Sequence record: PP695294.1
Length of the DNA: 64,000 bases
Direction: 5' to 3' (one strand)
Part shown: in pieces, positions 35,838-48,200 of the stretch
How the letters are laid out: every line of letters starts with the position of its first letter
Numbering within the stretch: the first letter of the stretch is position 1
Notes under the pieces: generated by a model
Database searches by the model: none
What the model was told of the DNA's origin: nothing
The model's input: the letters and a program-made list of their open reading frames with translations, nothing else
Translations under genes and position numbers: made by a program

Positions 35838-38800
35838 TTAGGTACGGAACATAAGATTGACCTGGATAATATCAGGCTGTTGACGTCCTCTCTCGTTCAC
35901 CCAATCGTGCGCAATCGTTAACGTAAGATCATCGCCATCCCACGCCACGATCGGTGGTGGGAATAAACCCTGAGCGCCCGTGGTAACAACCGGGATTGCA
36001 CCTGTCACATTCGTAAACGTGTAGCTACGACTGTTCAGAACAACTGGTGTGCCGTTGGTCTCTCCCGGCTGTGGTAAGATTTGAATCTTACTATCCGAAA
36101 GATCGGTGGCGATTGGTAGACCCCCAGCGTCCGTGAAAAGCCAAGAGCAAATATGCTGGTTAGCTGTTTCGAGCGCTGAAGAACTTACCGCCGCGACAAA
36201 TGTAAAGGTGCACGGCACGCCTGCTGGCAGAGAGTGCTGTTTGTGGTGCACGGTATGTGGTGACGGCAATAACACTTCTGGATTTTCGTCAATGTTAACA
36301 TCCGTACCTTCCGCCTCGACGTTGTAGAAAAAGCCATCCACCGCCTCCCATGGGGCAACGTGGACATTAAAGGTCGTTTCTACTCCCGGTGTACCTGGGA
36401 CGATGAATTTACTTTGCACCACCACCATCAAGTTCGTTGAGGTCGGAGAGAAAGCGGGCGTTGGAATACCTACCCACTCCATTCCCAACGATGTCGCTTC
36501 ACTGTTCTCGTCGGCCGTTACCGTCGCAATTGTTGTAGGATGTTTCCAAAACGCCCCCGACTTGTTTGCCTGAGTAAACGCCGGCAAAGTTTTCAAGCCT
36601 TCGAAACGTTTGGACACCATCGCTTTACCGCGACGCTGTGCGTCAGATACGGTATAAAGCAACTGACTATCCAGATAGCCTTTCGTAGCATCGACTGACA
36701 AAGGACCCATCGCTTCTTTACGCAATGGTGCCAGTCTGCCCGTTGCTGCATCCCTTCCCACTTCCACATCATGCTTATTCTCAACCGCCGCGTGTTCCAA
36801 CAGCTGTTTTACCGCCCCCAATCGCTTAGCATGGTCGACGTTAGTCTCGACGACTCGCGACGAGCCCGTTTTAACATACCCGATGTAGAGTTCCGTTTCA
36901 GTGTCTGGATGTTGAACCACGTCCATTACGTACTTCGGTGTACCATTTTCTACCTTAGCGTGCAGGTAGAATGTCCGGTTCTGATGGTTTGTTGGAAACG
37001 CTGCGCTGAGGTCAATATACCACGTAGGCAGCTTATAAGTGCTCGAGCCGAAACGCAGGTTAACTTCCTCAGTCACATATACCAGCCAACCTTCGGCTGT
37101 TTCCACACCGGCGATAACAACAGTCTCAGTCGCCCCACCGAAACTCGGACGTGCAACAAAATCACTCGACGACATTGCGATACCACCACAATAGACGTAG
37201 TCGAGAGATGAGTTGTGTAGCATCACCTGATCACGATGAGCCAGATAAGCTGGACTGACTGGAGTGTGTGTCGGTGCCATACGTCCAACGCCGTGTGGTG
37301 CAGAAGAACGCGTCCAGGTACCATTAGACAGCGTAAGACCGACACCGTAGTTAAGCGCACCCAAGTCGCCAATTTGGCGCAAGGTTAACGTGTGTGGAAG
37401 ATACAACCCGAACTGCGTACCATCTACCGACACCATGGTAGGTTGTCCCGGCCGGCGTGTTTTTCCTCCCGTTATCTCTCCCAACGTAGCATAGTTCAAG
37501 CCGTAGTCGAGGTTGTTATAGAAGTCAAACAGTGCCAATATCGCTGCGGGGAATGTTACCTGCCCGTTGCTGATTGTTGGTTTCAGTGTAAAGTAGTAGA
37601 TATCTAACAAGTTAACATTGTTCACAGTACGTGTACATGCCACTTGTGCTAATGTGAGCGGTGTGGCCGTTCCGATGCCGATGAACCAAACGGAAAACAA
37701 TGCCTTTCCTGCGTTATTTGCAGCAAGGATAAATTCCGAAGCATAACCATTCGCAGCGCCTGCCGGTGCTCCGTCGATGATCATCTGCTTCATCTTATCC
37801 CATTCAGCTTGTGACAGCGTCAATCGATCGGCGTGAATCGTGAAAGTGCCGGAAACGTTGTGGTAAGGGAATGTTTCTGGTCCTGTGCAATACCAGCCGT
37901 TTAACTCTGTACCAGGCGACGCCGGTGTAACAATGTGGCACATCTGCGACAGATTCTCATACGTGATAGAATCTACTACACGACGATTGTTAGTTGGGCC
38001 ATACCCCGCCTTACCTGAGTAAGTGGTGTTCGGATCAAACTCAACTTCAATTGCCAAGCGGGAACGCGGCTGTGACAACCAGATAAGTCTGGAATTCGCT
38101 CCCAGAGTCAGCGGATACGCCATGCCCAACTCGTAGATAGAACCACGACCTTGGTTTAACATTACCGCACTAAAACTTCTGGCAGTAAAGTTGTAGTCAC
38201 ACGACAGGTACTCGTACCAACTCACACCGTCATCTAACGTTGTAATCGTGACATAAGGCATTAGGTCGCGATCGCCCGCATGTCCTTGCGAAACGATATA
38301 CTTGTCTTGCGATGTTGCAAAGGTTCGGTTATTAGCTTGACCTTCGCCCCACTTCCGGCTCGGAATCCCAATCTCAGCGCCGCCGTTATAACGGACCGTG
38401 GTAAGATCGGCCACGATAGGGAATCGATCGGCACCTTCCAGCGTTACCGTCATTGAACTGCAATCAACAACAAAGCTTGACACCCATTGTTTAAAGTTAA
38501 TAGTTTGCCCTGTAGTAGAAGCAAACCAGACTGTTGGCGTTAAACCAACACGAAAGTTCAGCCCATCCACAGCAATCGCGTGATTACATTCCGGACCATG
38601 GACGAAATTTCGCGCACTATTCCACTTCGCCGATGCGTCTGCGTAGATCTGTGTTACTGGCGCTACCAACACATCTGTATCAGAACGTTTCTGACCCTGA
38701 CGCAAGTAGATATTATCTCCCGACGTTAACATCCCACCTGTTAACACATCCGCCACAAACGTGTTGCTACCACCCAGATTAAGTTCGTTGAGTGCGATGC

Positions 38801-41021
38801 TACGCATACTCACGAAATAGTCACCGGAGGTAAGGACAGTACGGAGCAGATAAACCCGATCGTTGCAAACGATCAAATCGTTTGTTGATGGATCGGCAAC
38901 CCATGGTGCGGTTGTAATCACACCGGCCGCGTTACCATTTCGGTAATCGCCCAAGTAAACTTTAACAACACGATGATGTTTTGCATGGTCAATGGTGCCG
39001 TCAAAGATGACCAGATAATACGCATAGTCACTGCCTAAGCAGATCATTGCATCTGTACCGGTAATCAGAATAGCAACCAGATTCACCCCAGGATACGCCG
39101 ACATTCCAGCGGGGTGATAACGTACGGACGTCTGCTGCATATTTTCCAGCGTATTGCTTGGCGACACATCAGCATAGGCGTAGTAGATAGCCCAGTCACC
39201 TGGCGGGTTCCCGTTGGAACCATTGCGCAACGAGTAAACCTTACCAGCCTCGTAACGCGCCAGTCCTTTTTGCCAGGTTTGGTTTTTGGTGTACCCTTCG
39301 TAGTTCCCCTGGACAGGTATAGGCAAGAAGTTATTGTTGCCGTACGATGATCCGCCAACGGTCCATGCTGGCAACAACGTAGCAATCTTGTCGTTCAGTG
39401 TACCGATCTTCTGTTCGAGCAAGAAACCCTGGCGGGCAGTAACCATCTTATCTGTTGTGGTGTCAATAGCATCCCACAGTTTAGCCAAACCTGTAACAGA
39501 CGTGGATGCGTACGGCACGTCATCGAGATCAGCAATGGTGTGGGTGTGTGTTGAGAGTGCCTTGCCTGATAGCACGGTGCGCAACGCATTAGTAACCGGT
39601 TTCTCCAGCGGCCCGGTATTGTTCATCTTCTCAATACCGAAATCCGACGCGGTTAAGGTTAAATGCATTTGACCGTTTTCGTCTAACACAAACCCTTTAC
39701 CATTGACCGTATACGTGTCGTCCACATATCCGTCGAGTTTGTTCTTCAAGTCAGTAACAGCTTTTTGGGAAATCGCTGTGGACGCCGCAGCGGACGCCGA
39801 AAGGTTAGTAATCGCAAACAAACCCTGCACAGTTGTGGTTGCTGCAGGCAGCTCCGCATTCATGTAAACTTTGTTTGTTTCTTTACCAGAGCCGTAAATC
39901 TTCAACGTGTCGCTGGACTTGAAGTAGGCGTTTGCTGGAAGTATCTTCACCGAGGTCAAGTACATCTTAACCATATCCGGTGTAACGAGATACACGCTGT
40001 TATACACAGGTGCAAGCACACCTGCATCATAAGCGCCCCACTTGTCACCCGCTTTACCCGAGTGAACCCAAAGCGTGTTCAGACCAGCACTGAACTCCGT
40101 AGCGATACCCGGTTCGTTGTTATCCTGGTCAGCTTTTAATACCAGCGGTTTTGTCGAGGTGATAATGAACTTATCACCTTTCATGCTGATAACGTGACCA
40201 GACGTTGTTTGGAACGTAATCGCGTCGTTATTCAGAACACGCATACGGCCCAGTAAATCACCCAGGGTATTATCCAGAAGCATGTCAACGTGTTTCTGTT
40301 GGGTGCCACTGGTAGACATTAACGTCACTAGCTCTGCCAGGGTACGTCCGAATGCCTTAGTCGCATCTACAGCTTTGCCGAGTACCGGGAGAGCGCCAAT
40401 GTCACCGCAGGTGTAACCATGTGCATTTTTAATCAGGTGGTGTTGATACATTTCGTCATCAAACACCTGCTTACCGTTCTGATAAATCAAATCGGTAACT
40501 TCGGCAAATGCCTCATCCAGTTCGTGGGCGCGCTCTAAAATACCCAGACGGATATCTTCCAACGCCTTTACGATTTCATCGCGAAGAATCGCTTCTTCGA
40601 GATCTTTTGGCGGGTCGATTGGCGAGATAATCGGCGGATATTTCATCAGCTCAGACCAATCGCAGTTGCGCGGGTCTTTCATATCCGTCTTAACCAGATA
40701 CTTGCCGATTTCAGAAGCAGGGATGCGATACTGTCGACCAACCGACAACAACTCGTATTCTACCTCTGTGGCGTTCAGCAGCATTATGCTGCCGTATATT
40801 GCATCGTTCTCAGCCTCGGCTAATTCCTGGAAGTAATGTCCTAAGAAATAATCAAGACCTTCTATTAACTTGCGTTTGGTTCCGGTTGTTTTATCGGTAA
40901 CGGTTAACGTTAACCCGATGCGATAGAACGGTGCTTCGACGGGAATGACCGTCGAATAACGGTTCGGGTAAGTAGCGGTACTGAGGGTACCGTTAAACTG
41001 CGCCGCATCTTCTCTCGGCAT
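35838..41021 (-). CDS. Large gp131-like tail-fibre/virion protein (1727 aa)
   Basis: APFY..L.EGLDY N-domain; fibre motifs ATTTVQG, HTHTIADL; AGGAG RBS before ATG 41021. Confidence 0.8.
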   Translation of the reverse strand: MPREDAAQFNGTLSTATYPNRYSTVIPVEAPFYRIGLTLTVTDKTTGTKRKLIEGLDYFLGHYFQELAEAENDAIYGSIMLLNATEVEYELLSVGRQYRIPASEIGKYLVKTDMKDPRNCDWSELMKYPPIISPIDPPKDLEEAILRDEIVKALEDIRLGILERAHELDEAFAEVTDLIYQNGKQVFDDEMYQHHLIKNAHGYTCGDIGALPVLGKAVDATKAFGRTLAELVTLMSTSGTQQKHVDMLLDNTLGDLLGRMRVLNNDAITFQTTSGHVISMKGDKFIITSTKPLVLKADQDNNEPGIATEFSAGLNTLWVHSGKAGDKWGAYDAGVLAPVYNSVYLVTPDMVKMYLTSVKILPANAYFKSSDTLKIYGSGKETNKVYMNAELPAATTTVQGLFAITNLSASAAASTAISQKAVTDLKNKLDGYVDDTYTVNGKGFVLDENGQMHLTLTASDFGIEKMNNTGPLEKPVTNALRTVLSGKALSTHTHTIADLDDVPYASTSVTGLAKLWDAIDTTTDKMVTARQGFLLEQKIGTLNDKIATLLPAWTVGGSSYGNNNFLPIPVQGNYEGYTKNQTWQKGLARYEAGKVYSLRNGSNGNPPGDWAIYYAYADVSPSNTLENMQQTSVRYHPAGMSAYPGVNLVAILITGTDAMICLGSDYAYYLVIFDGTIDHAKHHRVVKVYLGDYRNGNAAGVITTAPWVADPSTNDLIVCNDRVYLLRTVLTSGDYFVSMRSIALNELNLGGSNTFVADVLTGGMLTSGDNIYLRQGQKRSDTDVLVAPVTQIYADASAKWNSARNFVHGPECNHAIAVDGLNFRVGLTPTVWFASTTGQTINFKQWVSSFVVDCSSMTVTLEGADRFPIVADLTTVRYNGGAEIGIPSRKWGEGQANNRTFATSQDKYIVSQGHAGDRDLMPYVTITTLDDGVSWYEYLSCDYNFTARSFSAVMLNQGRGSIYELGMAYPLTLGANSRLIWLSQPRSRLAIEVEFDPNTTYSGKAGYGPTNNRRVVDSITYENLSQMCHIVTPASPGTELNGWYCTGPETFPYHNVSGTFTIHADRLTLSQAEWDKMKQMIIDGAPAGAANGYASEFILAANNAGKALFSVWFIGIGTATPLTLAQVACTRTVNNVNLLDIYYFTLKPTISNGQVTFPAAILALFDFYNNLDYGLNYATLGEITGGKTRRPGQPTMVSVDGTQFGLYLPHTLTLRQIGDLGALNYGVGLTLSNGTWTRSSAPHGVGRMAPTHTPVSPAYLAHRDQVMLHNSSLDYVYCGGIAMSSSDFVARPSFGGATETVVIAGVETAEGWLVYVTEEVNLRFGSSTYKLPTWYIDLSAAFPTNHQNRTFYLHAKVENGTPKYVMDVVQHPDTETELYIGYVKTGSSRVVETNVDHAKRLGAVKQLLEHAAVENKHDVEVGRDAATGRLAPLRKEAMGPLSVDATKGYLDSQLLYTVSDAQRRGKAMVSKRFEGLKTLPAFTQANKSGAFWKHPTTIATVTADENSEATSLGMEWVGIPTPAFSPTSTNLMVVVQSKFIVPGTPGVETTFNVHVAPWEAVDGFFYNVEAEGTDVNIDENPEVLLPSPHTVHHKQHSLPAGVPCTFTFVAAVSSSALETANQHICSWLFTDAGGLPIATDLSDSKIQILPQPGETNGTPVVLNSRSYTFTNVTGAIPVVTTGAQGLFPPPIVAWDGDDLTLTIAHDWVNERGRQQPDIIQVNLMFRT

Positions 41022-41040
41022 TGCAAACACTCCTAATCTG

Positions 41041-41081
41041 TAATAAAACGGAGACCGCCCTCCCAATAACGGAAGGGCGGT
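41041..41081 (-). terminator. Probable intrinsic terminator
   Basis: Minus strand ACCGCCCTTCC-loop-GGGAGGGCGGT followed by CTCCGTTTTATT. Confidence 0.55.
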
Positions 41082-41116
41082 TTACCTACGGACTACCCGC
41101 CCGTAGGCAGTCCGTC

Positions 41117-44100
41117 CTAAGAGGCCCACTCACCCGAGTTGTTGCCTTCGTTTCTACGTTCAGTATCCAACGTTTGTAAAATCCAATCCCATGTCCTGGT
41201 GGGGATGTGGAATGGATTACGCTTCTCAATGAGAATCGTCTCGCCACCAGTGCGAAGTTCCACCGGTGTCGTTTCAGTAATCACGAACATCGGATTACCG
41301 CTACTGCCCACAACATTAATAGTGAACTTCGCTTGCAGCGGCGGCACAGAACCTTCCGGAGGCACGAACACGATGTGAATTGGCTGCATCGGTTTCGTGC
41401 GGGCAAGAGTCCCAGATATCTGAACAGCTGTTGTCGATGCACTGAAAGGTATAACATTACCCGGAATTTTCTCACTACCCACGATGATATATCCAGGGTA
41501 GTTAGAGAGCATTGTCCCATTTACCGACACAAAACGCTCAGTTTGAGTCGGGCGATAAGCCCGCATAAAGCCGTACTTCCATTCACCACCGTTAGACGTA
41601 TAGTCTGCAGAAGCCGACTCAAGTAGCGGAGCACCACGTTTCTGCAGCCCTTTGTAAAACGGTGCGGGGAGTTTACCGTTCGGTGCAAGTTCCGGATAAC
41701 CCTCACTTGCAGCAGACATCGTGATGTATTCCGTAACCGGGTTATCGACGTTATCTCCAAAGTTCGCGAACGCGACGGTTGATATCGACATCTCCTCATG
41801 CCCAGAAGACTGGCTGTCTGGAGAACGCTCAATATACGACTCAAATAGTGAGCGTAGATAATGGAAACGATTTAAATCTACTTCTGTTGTGGAGGGGTCC
41901 ATCAAACCGTGGTTGATTGTGACGCCTTCACCAGTTTCGATGCCAGTAACACTAATCGATAAAGCGCCACCTTTAAAATAATCAATCGCGTCAAACGGAA
42001 CGTCGTATTCTATCTCACGAACAGTTGCCGAAGCCTGGCCACCTATCTTACTAATCGTCGATATTCGCAGTATCTGCGTATCAACAATATAGCGATAACG
42101 AATAAGCCAGCGCGAACCAATGGCTGCGAACTCGCTAGCGATTGAAACCGGGAGATAGTCTAAACAGTCAGGCGACTGAACATCCACGCTCTTGATTACA
42201 CGAGGAGCATCAACCAGCGTATTAGTAACGCTGGATTGTGTGCTGGCAATTCTTCCGGTTGGTTTATCGTACGGCGCGGCAATAAAGCCACAATTTAAAC
42301 TGGTCTTGGAGTTACTCCACCGCAGGACTCTGGTTTTACCTTTCTCATCAGCAGAAGGGGCCATGAAGTTTAATGAAACTTCGACGTCCGAGGTTTTTGG
42401 GACTTCAGGATAATCAGTGTCGATTACCACCGAACCCTCGAATGTCGCCATTCCGTTTTCTTTCGGGTTGCTTGGTGTAAACCAGCAATACGGGGACGCG
42501 TTTTCAGTGGAAACAACCGCCGCAAGAAGAATCCTGAGCGAGGTGGCACTTACGAATTTGTAATCAAATAACCCACGATCTAAACGAACGAGGTTATCCC
42601 CAGAAACAGACGGGTTAGTTGGATACGCATACAGCCATTGTTTAGGTAATGGATCAACCTTATTCAACGGCAGCATTTTCGGGTTATCCGTCAACGACCA
42701 GTCGGTGTTACTCACCCCGTGTGCTAGACGTGTTTCGAAGTGCCGTTTAAGTTCGGACGCCATGCCAAAATCAAACGTCGTTTCAAACTCGTAAGTCGTG
42801 CCTGCAACCAATCCCGCGTCAGGGACATCAATGTGGCCGATATACCCACGTTCCAGGTTAATACCTTCCGTGTCCACAATAGGTTCGGCGCGCGAATATA
42901 ACGCATCGGTTATCATGTTTACGTAAAGGTAATGCCTTAAACCGTTCGGAGTCTTAACAAACTCCTGAAGGCGAGCAACCTTGGTGTTTTTATCAGAGGC
43001 CCCAACCGCAAAGTCACCGTCGTAAATTGTGAAACGAATTGCGGCTGCTTTAGCGCTATCGTTACACTCGGCACGGAATGCTAAGCAGTGTTGCTTCCAC
43101 CCCTCCTTGACCTTCGCCTCCAGATACCCCGCTTCTGTAATACCCGCACCGATAATTTCACCGTCCAGATAAACAGAAACAGCACCACCGCCACGAACCC
43201 AAATCCGCAGCTTACCAGAGTCGCAACGAACCCACGTTTTCGCCAAGAGGTTAACGACCGACAAATCACCCATTCCGGTTGTCGTTAAACCAATCTGCGC
43301 ACCGTAGTTCGTTTCCGGGACGGCAACCTCAAACCCACTAAAATCAATACCGGCACCGGTATTGATTACCGCGTTCTGCCACGTTCTTTCCATACGGTTA
43401 TCTGGAGAGAACCACTGGAACATCGGCGTGGTTTGCAGGTCTATCGAACCAGATACCGTCCCCTCTTTACGTGCACCATTTAACAGATAGAAATAATTCA
43501 AATCCGTTACGGCGAGTGTGGTACGTGTAGATCCCACAGTCCAAGTCTTGCCGCGCACAGCGGCAAAATCGGTCACGGAGTCCTCTTTCGCGTTTGCTAG
43601 CGCAGCTGCAACTACGTCTAAACGTTTTGACAAATCGTTCAGAACGTTTGGGGTAACGCCGCGATTATCCGACAAGCCATTTAGGTTGGTAGAATATCGA
43701 GCGATACCGGGCACTGTTTGAGAAGCCGTTGGGATCTGTAAATCGGCGAAGTTGTGATGGTGGCCTTTATCACTAAGACCAGTAACTGCTTCTGCCAACG
43801 AATCGGAAAGTGGTTTATCGACGTCAGCTGTGTTATCAGCCAAGTCCAGACCCAAATCCTTTTTCGTTAGCGTTCGGCTACCAGTGTCCATCGGCTGGTT
43901 ATTCAGCAGTGTTGTCTTCCTGACGTACGAAGACAGATCACCCTCGTACGGTAAGAGCGAAGCTGGGGTGGCTGCTTGTCCTTTGACTACATCGCTCGGC
44001 TTATCAGTTAGCGTCACAACGCCGGGTTCAGAGGTCGTCGCGGGTTTGGCTGTGACCTTCCCGGTGACGGGATCGGCTTTTGACCCTTTACCCGTGAAAG

Positions 44101-45247
44101 TAATGCCGTTCACCCCGCTAATGTACAGTTTGTTGTCATCCGGGTCAACGGTACCACCGCCGGTACCAGGGTCTTGTTGATAGCCCATGAGAGCAGTTGT
44201 GGTCAGTAACGTCGTACCATTAAGCGTCAGCTTATCCATCCCCAAGGCACTGCCAGTCGACTCAATACGTAATGTATTGATGCCTGCTTTCCACTCCATA
44301 AACCGGACGGTTCCAGTAGTGTCGGCATACCCACACGCCAACACAACAGAGCCATTAGATTTAAGAGTGAATGCCTCAGCAGAGAACACAATTTCGGATT
44401 CACCAGCAGGAGAACGGAACAGGGCACGAGTACCGGATATCGTCGCATTAAACACCCCTTTGGATTCTTTCGATACCCATTTAGAAATGTACTTGTCGAT
44501 ATCCGATTGTTGCAGACCCAGTGCACGGACCTCGCTGGTTAACTGACGCAACGTCTTTCCATACGCCAGGAAAGTATCTGGCGTTTTCAGGTTGACAGGA
44601 TGCGCACCGGCCTGCGCCGCGGTAGTCCCATGAGGGTTAGTCGACGCAATGTGTCCGGGGTAGTTAAATGCGGCGATTTCAGTTCCTAAGCCCAAAACCG
44701 CATCTTTCAGCTCAGTAAGCTTTTCACGAATCTGCTCGTTGGCCGCCCCGGCATCTAACTCCACATCATGCACTGCAGAGGCAACATACTTTTTATTCAG
44801 CATGTCTGACCAAGCTACCGCTGCAGGGGTGGCTGGGTACAGGGAGGGTCGATTACCTAAAAGCAGCCAATCTGCAGCCGTTGGATTGTTGAGTGCCTTA
44901 ATTAGCTCATCCAACATCTCAATCAAACCACTGTAAAACGTACCCCCAAGCATCTGGCCTTCAAAGACCACCGCACCACGCAGTTTAGGGTTAATAAGAT
45001 GCACCCCGCAAAATACCGGGGTCGTCACCGAGTCGTCCAACGGTGTTAAAGCATACTCCAGCTCATAGTCCGTCCCGCGGGTAAGCGGTATGGACGAGCC
45101 GGCGAGCCTTACCACCAATCCTTCGAAAAACGGGCGATGATCTAGCATCACCACCCGATCGTTAGGATTGTCGGAGTCGATGATACGTTCCTCGATGAAG
45201 TGACACTCAGGATTTACACCCCGAGGATCGTAAGGATACGTTTTCAT
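41117..45247 (-). CDS. Large gp131-like tail-fibre/virion protein (1376 aa)
   Basis: YPYDPRGVNP..RPFF..LTRGTDY N-domain; HIASTNPH, ATTSEPGVVTL, NTAD.DKPLS, HHHNF fibre motifs. Confidence 0.8.
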   Translation of the reverse strand: MKTYPYDPRGVNPECHFIEERIIDSDNPNDRVVMLDHRPFFEGLVVRLAGSSIPLTRGTDYELEYALTPLDDSVTTPVFCGVHLINPKLRGAVVFEGQMLGGTFYSGLIEMLDELIKALNNPTAADWLLLGNRPSLYPATPAAVAWSDMLNKKYVASAVHDVELDAGAANEQIREKLTELKDAVLGLGTEIAAFNYPGHIASTNPHGTTAAQAGAHPVNLKTPDTFLAYGKTLRQLTSEVRALGLQQSDIDKYISKWVSKESKGVFNATISGTRALFRSPAGESEIVFSAEAFTLKSNGSVVLACGYADTTGTVRFMEWKAGINTLRIESTGSALGMDKLTLNGTTLLTTTALMGYQQDPGTGGGTVDPDDNKLYISGVNGITFTGKGSKADPVTGKVTAKPATTSEPGVVTLTDKPSDVVKGQAATPASLLPYEGDLSSYVRKTTLLNNQPMDTGSRTLTKKDLGLDLADNTADVDKPLSDSLAEAVTGLSDKGHHHNFADLQIPTASQTVPGIARYSTNLNGLSDNRGVTPNVLNDLSKRLDVVAAALANAKEDSVTDFAAVRGKTWTVGSTRTTLAVTDLNYFYLLNGARKEGTVSGSIDLQTTPMFQWFSPDNRMERTWQNAVINTGAGIDFSGFEVAVPETNYGAQIGLTTTGMGDLSVVNLLAKTWVRCDSGKLRIWVRGGGAVSVYLDGEIIGAGITEAGYLEAKVKEGWKQHCLAFRAECNDSAKAAAIRFTIYDGDFAVGASDKNTKVARLQEFVKTPNGLRHYLYVNMITDALYSRAEPIVDTEGINLERGYIGHIDVPDAGLVAGTTYEFETTFDFGMASELKRHFETRLAHGVSNTDWSLTDNPKMLPLNKVDPLPKQWLYAYPTNPSVSGDNLVRLDRGLFDYKFVSATSLRILLAAVVSTENASPYCWFTPSNPKENGMATFEGSVVIDTDYPEVPKTSDVEVSLNFMAPSADEKGKTRVLRWSNSKTSLNCGFIAAPYDKPTGRIASTQSSVTNTLVDAPRVIKSVDVQSPDCLDYLPVSIASEFAAIGSRWLIRYRYIVDTQILRISTISKIGGQASATVREIEYDVPFDAIDYFKGGALSISVTGIETGEGVTINHGLMDPSTTEVDLNRFHYLRSLFESYIERSPDSQSSGHEEMSISTVAFANFGDNVDNPVTEYITMSAASEGYPELAPNGKLPAPFYKGLQKRGAPLLESASADYTSNGGEWKYGFMRAYRPTQTERFVSVNGTMLSNYPGYIIVGSEKIPGNVIPFSASTTAVQISGTLARTKPMQPIHIVFVPPEGSVPPLQAKFTINVVGSSGNPMFVITETTPVELRTGGETILIEKRNPFHIPTRTWDWILQTLDTERRNEGNNSGEWAS

Positions 45248-45259
45248 TCAAAAATCTCC

Positions 45260-48200
45260 TTAATCACGAATAATAAGTGTTCGAGCTGACGTGTTTTTCG
45301 GATTGAACGTCATCATCTTGGATGGGTGCGCCGCCGGTGGAATTTTACCTGTATCCACTGGTCGGAACGAACTGTATGAATAGTTGCACATCGCGCTGTT
45401 CATCTCATTAATCGTTGAACCTGCATCCACCACGCCAGTAAAGAATCTTGCGCGGTTTAAGCCGGAATAGTTAATCGCATAGTCAAGGAACGTGGCGTAA
45501 TAACGATTCTTCATCGGCATCGAATTCAGGTTAGCGTAAGTCAAACGCGCTTCTGTGTCGGAACTAAACAAACCACCCACGCCGTGATAAATCGGCGTAC
45601 TCGGATCGGTAATCAGTTTCGTCAAGTCGATATAGTCAGGACGGAGACGAGTAGACAAATCCTCAGTCCACGACTCGCCGGTCGACTGCAAGGTGTATTT
45701 CAGCGTCTTTGTTGTCGCGGTTAGCGTCAGCTCAAAGTTAATCGTTTTGGAATCGATGTTAATCGTTCCCACGAACGAAATACCGTCCGCTGTTCGTGTG
45801 TGGCTGAAACGCACCGATGGATTAAGTGCCGTCCAGTCATGGCCGGAACCAGTAACGCCGTTCAAGCCAATAACAACCTGCGCAGCACGTCCGTAGTTAA
45901 CCGCGATTCCCGCATACGTGCTCACGCCGCCTGGAGTGGTAATACGCCCTGCGGTGCGTGCGACGAGTACAGAAATACGGTGCATGAACGTGGCCGAGTG
46001 ATGGCAACACCCAATTACCGTTTCTAGCACACTGTCCGCTGTTGCGGTTAAAGGTGTCCACGTTGCGGTAATGCCGTTATTCTGGAACATCGGGAATGTG
46101 TTGTGGACAAAACGATAGTCGGTTACAGATAAACTGGTTGTTTTAAACGTCCATTTATCAGCAGCCGGATCGTAGTCCGCTTTCAACATAGGCGTATAGC
46201 TGCTAGCCTGCGCGTAACGCCAATCGGCATCTATACGTTTTGTACCTGGTGCACCCGTGGACCACACAGGCCCGCCCGTACCGTAAGTAAATCCGAAATC
46301 AGCTTGCGTCATGCCCCGACGAATATGGGCGTTATCATCCTCGATATGCTCGCCTAATTCACGGAACTCACCTAAACGCGTCACGTTGCGGATTTCTACA
46401 AAAACCACACCGGTTTCACTGGTGACGATGGAACCTATTTTGGTCATCGTCTCAGTTTCTGCCGTGTTTGGATTTTCGTAGATAATGTACTTGCCATCAT
46501 CGCCCGCCGCGTCAACATACACGCCAAACTCAGCATCTTCGTGCGTCGCTGGGAATAGCTCCGCCAAGTTAAATGTGGAGAGAGGTACTTTGTACTCGCG
46601 ACCAACGAAATAATCGTTCGCTTTAATAGTAACCATCCAGTCGGTGTAAGTGATGCCGTTTTCAATGATATCCGTGCCGGGTAAACCGTAACGAATAATG
46701 TTGATTGAAGCACCAGAGTCGACTGTCTTCGCAACCTTCTCTATCTCTGTGATGGCGTCCGCCTGTCGGATGACCTCACCGCCGTCTAATGCCAGCGTGG
46801 CATCGTCAACCGCGGTGCCGAACTGTACTAAACCGAACTCCGTCGTTGCTGCACGCTTAATCCCGAACGCAGCAGAAGTGTGTGTGTGACCGACGACTGC
46901 ATACTTGTCCAGCTCAGCTTGTTGGAGCGGGGAAATCGGCAATTGTACATCTGGGATGTTCTGTACGTTCGATAAGCCGAAGTTAGTTTTATCGATGTAA
47001 ATAGAACTCGTCAGTGGCATGTCGTTGATGTACGATTTAACGGCAACCAACTTGCCCGTAAACTGCTGATCCAATTTCTTGATGAGTGCCGGCGTTGCGG
47101 CCAAGTCCTCACGATCACCGAATTCAGTAGCCAACAAACGGACAGCCATCAGGCCAAGGTCGTCGGACTCCGGTGGAACAAAAGTACAAATGAACGGAAC
47201 AGACTGAATACCGTTACCGTTAATGGTTACAGTAGCTGTGGATGTTCCGTAAAACAGTCCATCACCACCTGATTCGTTACCCGGCAGGTACGGCCCGACC
47301 GTAGTAGGGTCCAACAGTTTCTTACCGTTGAACTCCAATCCACGGGAATCCGGATAAAGGATGAGCTGGTTAGCCCCACTTTGCCATGTAATCGGGTTGT
47401 TCCCGGCGTTAACGGTTTGCGAATCGCGTCCAATAAAACGGATAACCCTCGGGTCAACCGTGAATTGTGCACCCACGCCTTCAGACTCATCGGTACCCAC
47501 TGCTGACGTTATTGAAGTCAGGCCAGGCTTCATGCCGAACGTGCCGTTGATAGACTGTGCAGCCGTCGGTAAGCGTAAAAGCTTATTCGCCAGCGTTGAC
47601 AGTTTCGGCAACAGATTGTTAACGTAATCTGTCAGCTGCGGTTGCGTTTTTCCGTATACCAGTGTCGCGTCCGAAGCAATACCGTTATTCTCCAAAGCAC
47701 GGATTGCGCCCCACGAATCGCGATGCGGGTTATCCTTGCGCGGCACGTGTGTGTGTGCCGGTGCATCACGGTACAGTTTATCGACAATCTGGTGATATTT
47801 TACCAGCAGCTGGTACACGTCATTGTTAACGTCAGGTGCCGGTGCGCCTGGTAATGAACGAATCTGGACGTAATCGTTCTCACCTGCCCACCAGTTTAGG
47901 TTGACGTCCGATTTAAACTTCAACCATTTTGCGACATCAGTTTTCTGATACCCTGGTGCAAATTCGCTCGGCGGGTTGTCAACGTTAAAGCTGTAGTTAA
48001 CGGTTTGCTTGCTTGTTTTAACGGTAATGTCGTAAACGCCGTTACCTTCGCGTCTGACCACGCTAAGCTCAATATCACCCGCCAACTCGGTATCGGTCAG
48101 GCCAGTCGTCAACGTATAGCTGTAATTAGACGAACCAGAACCAATCGCCGTCGTTAAGGTAAGATAAATCGCGCGTTGCTTCAACTGAAGACGCAGGATA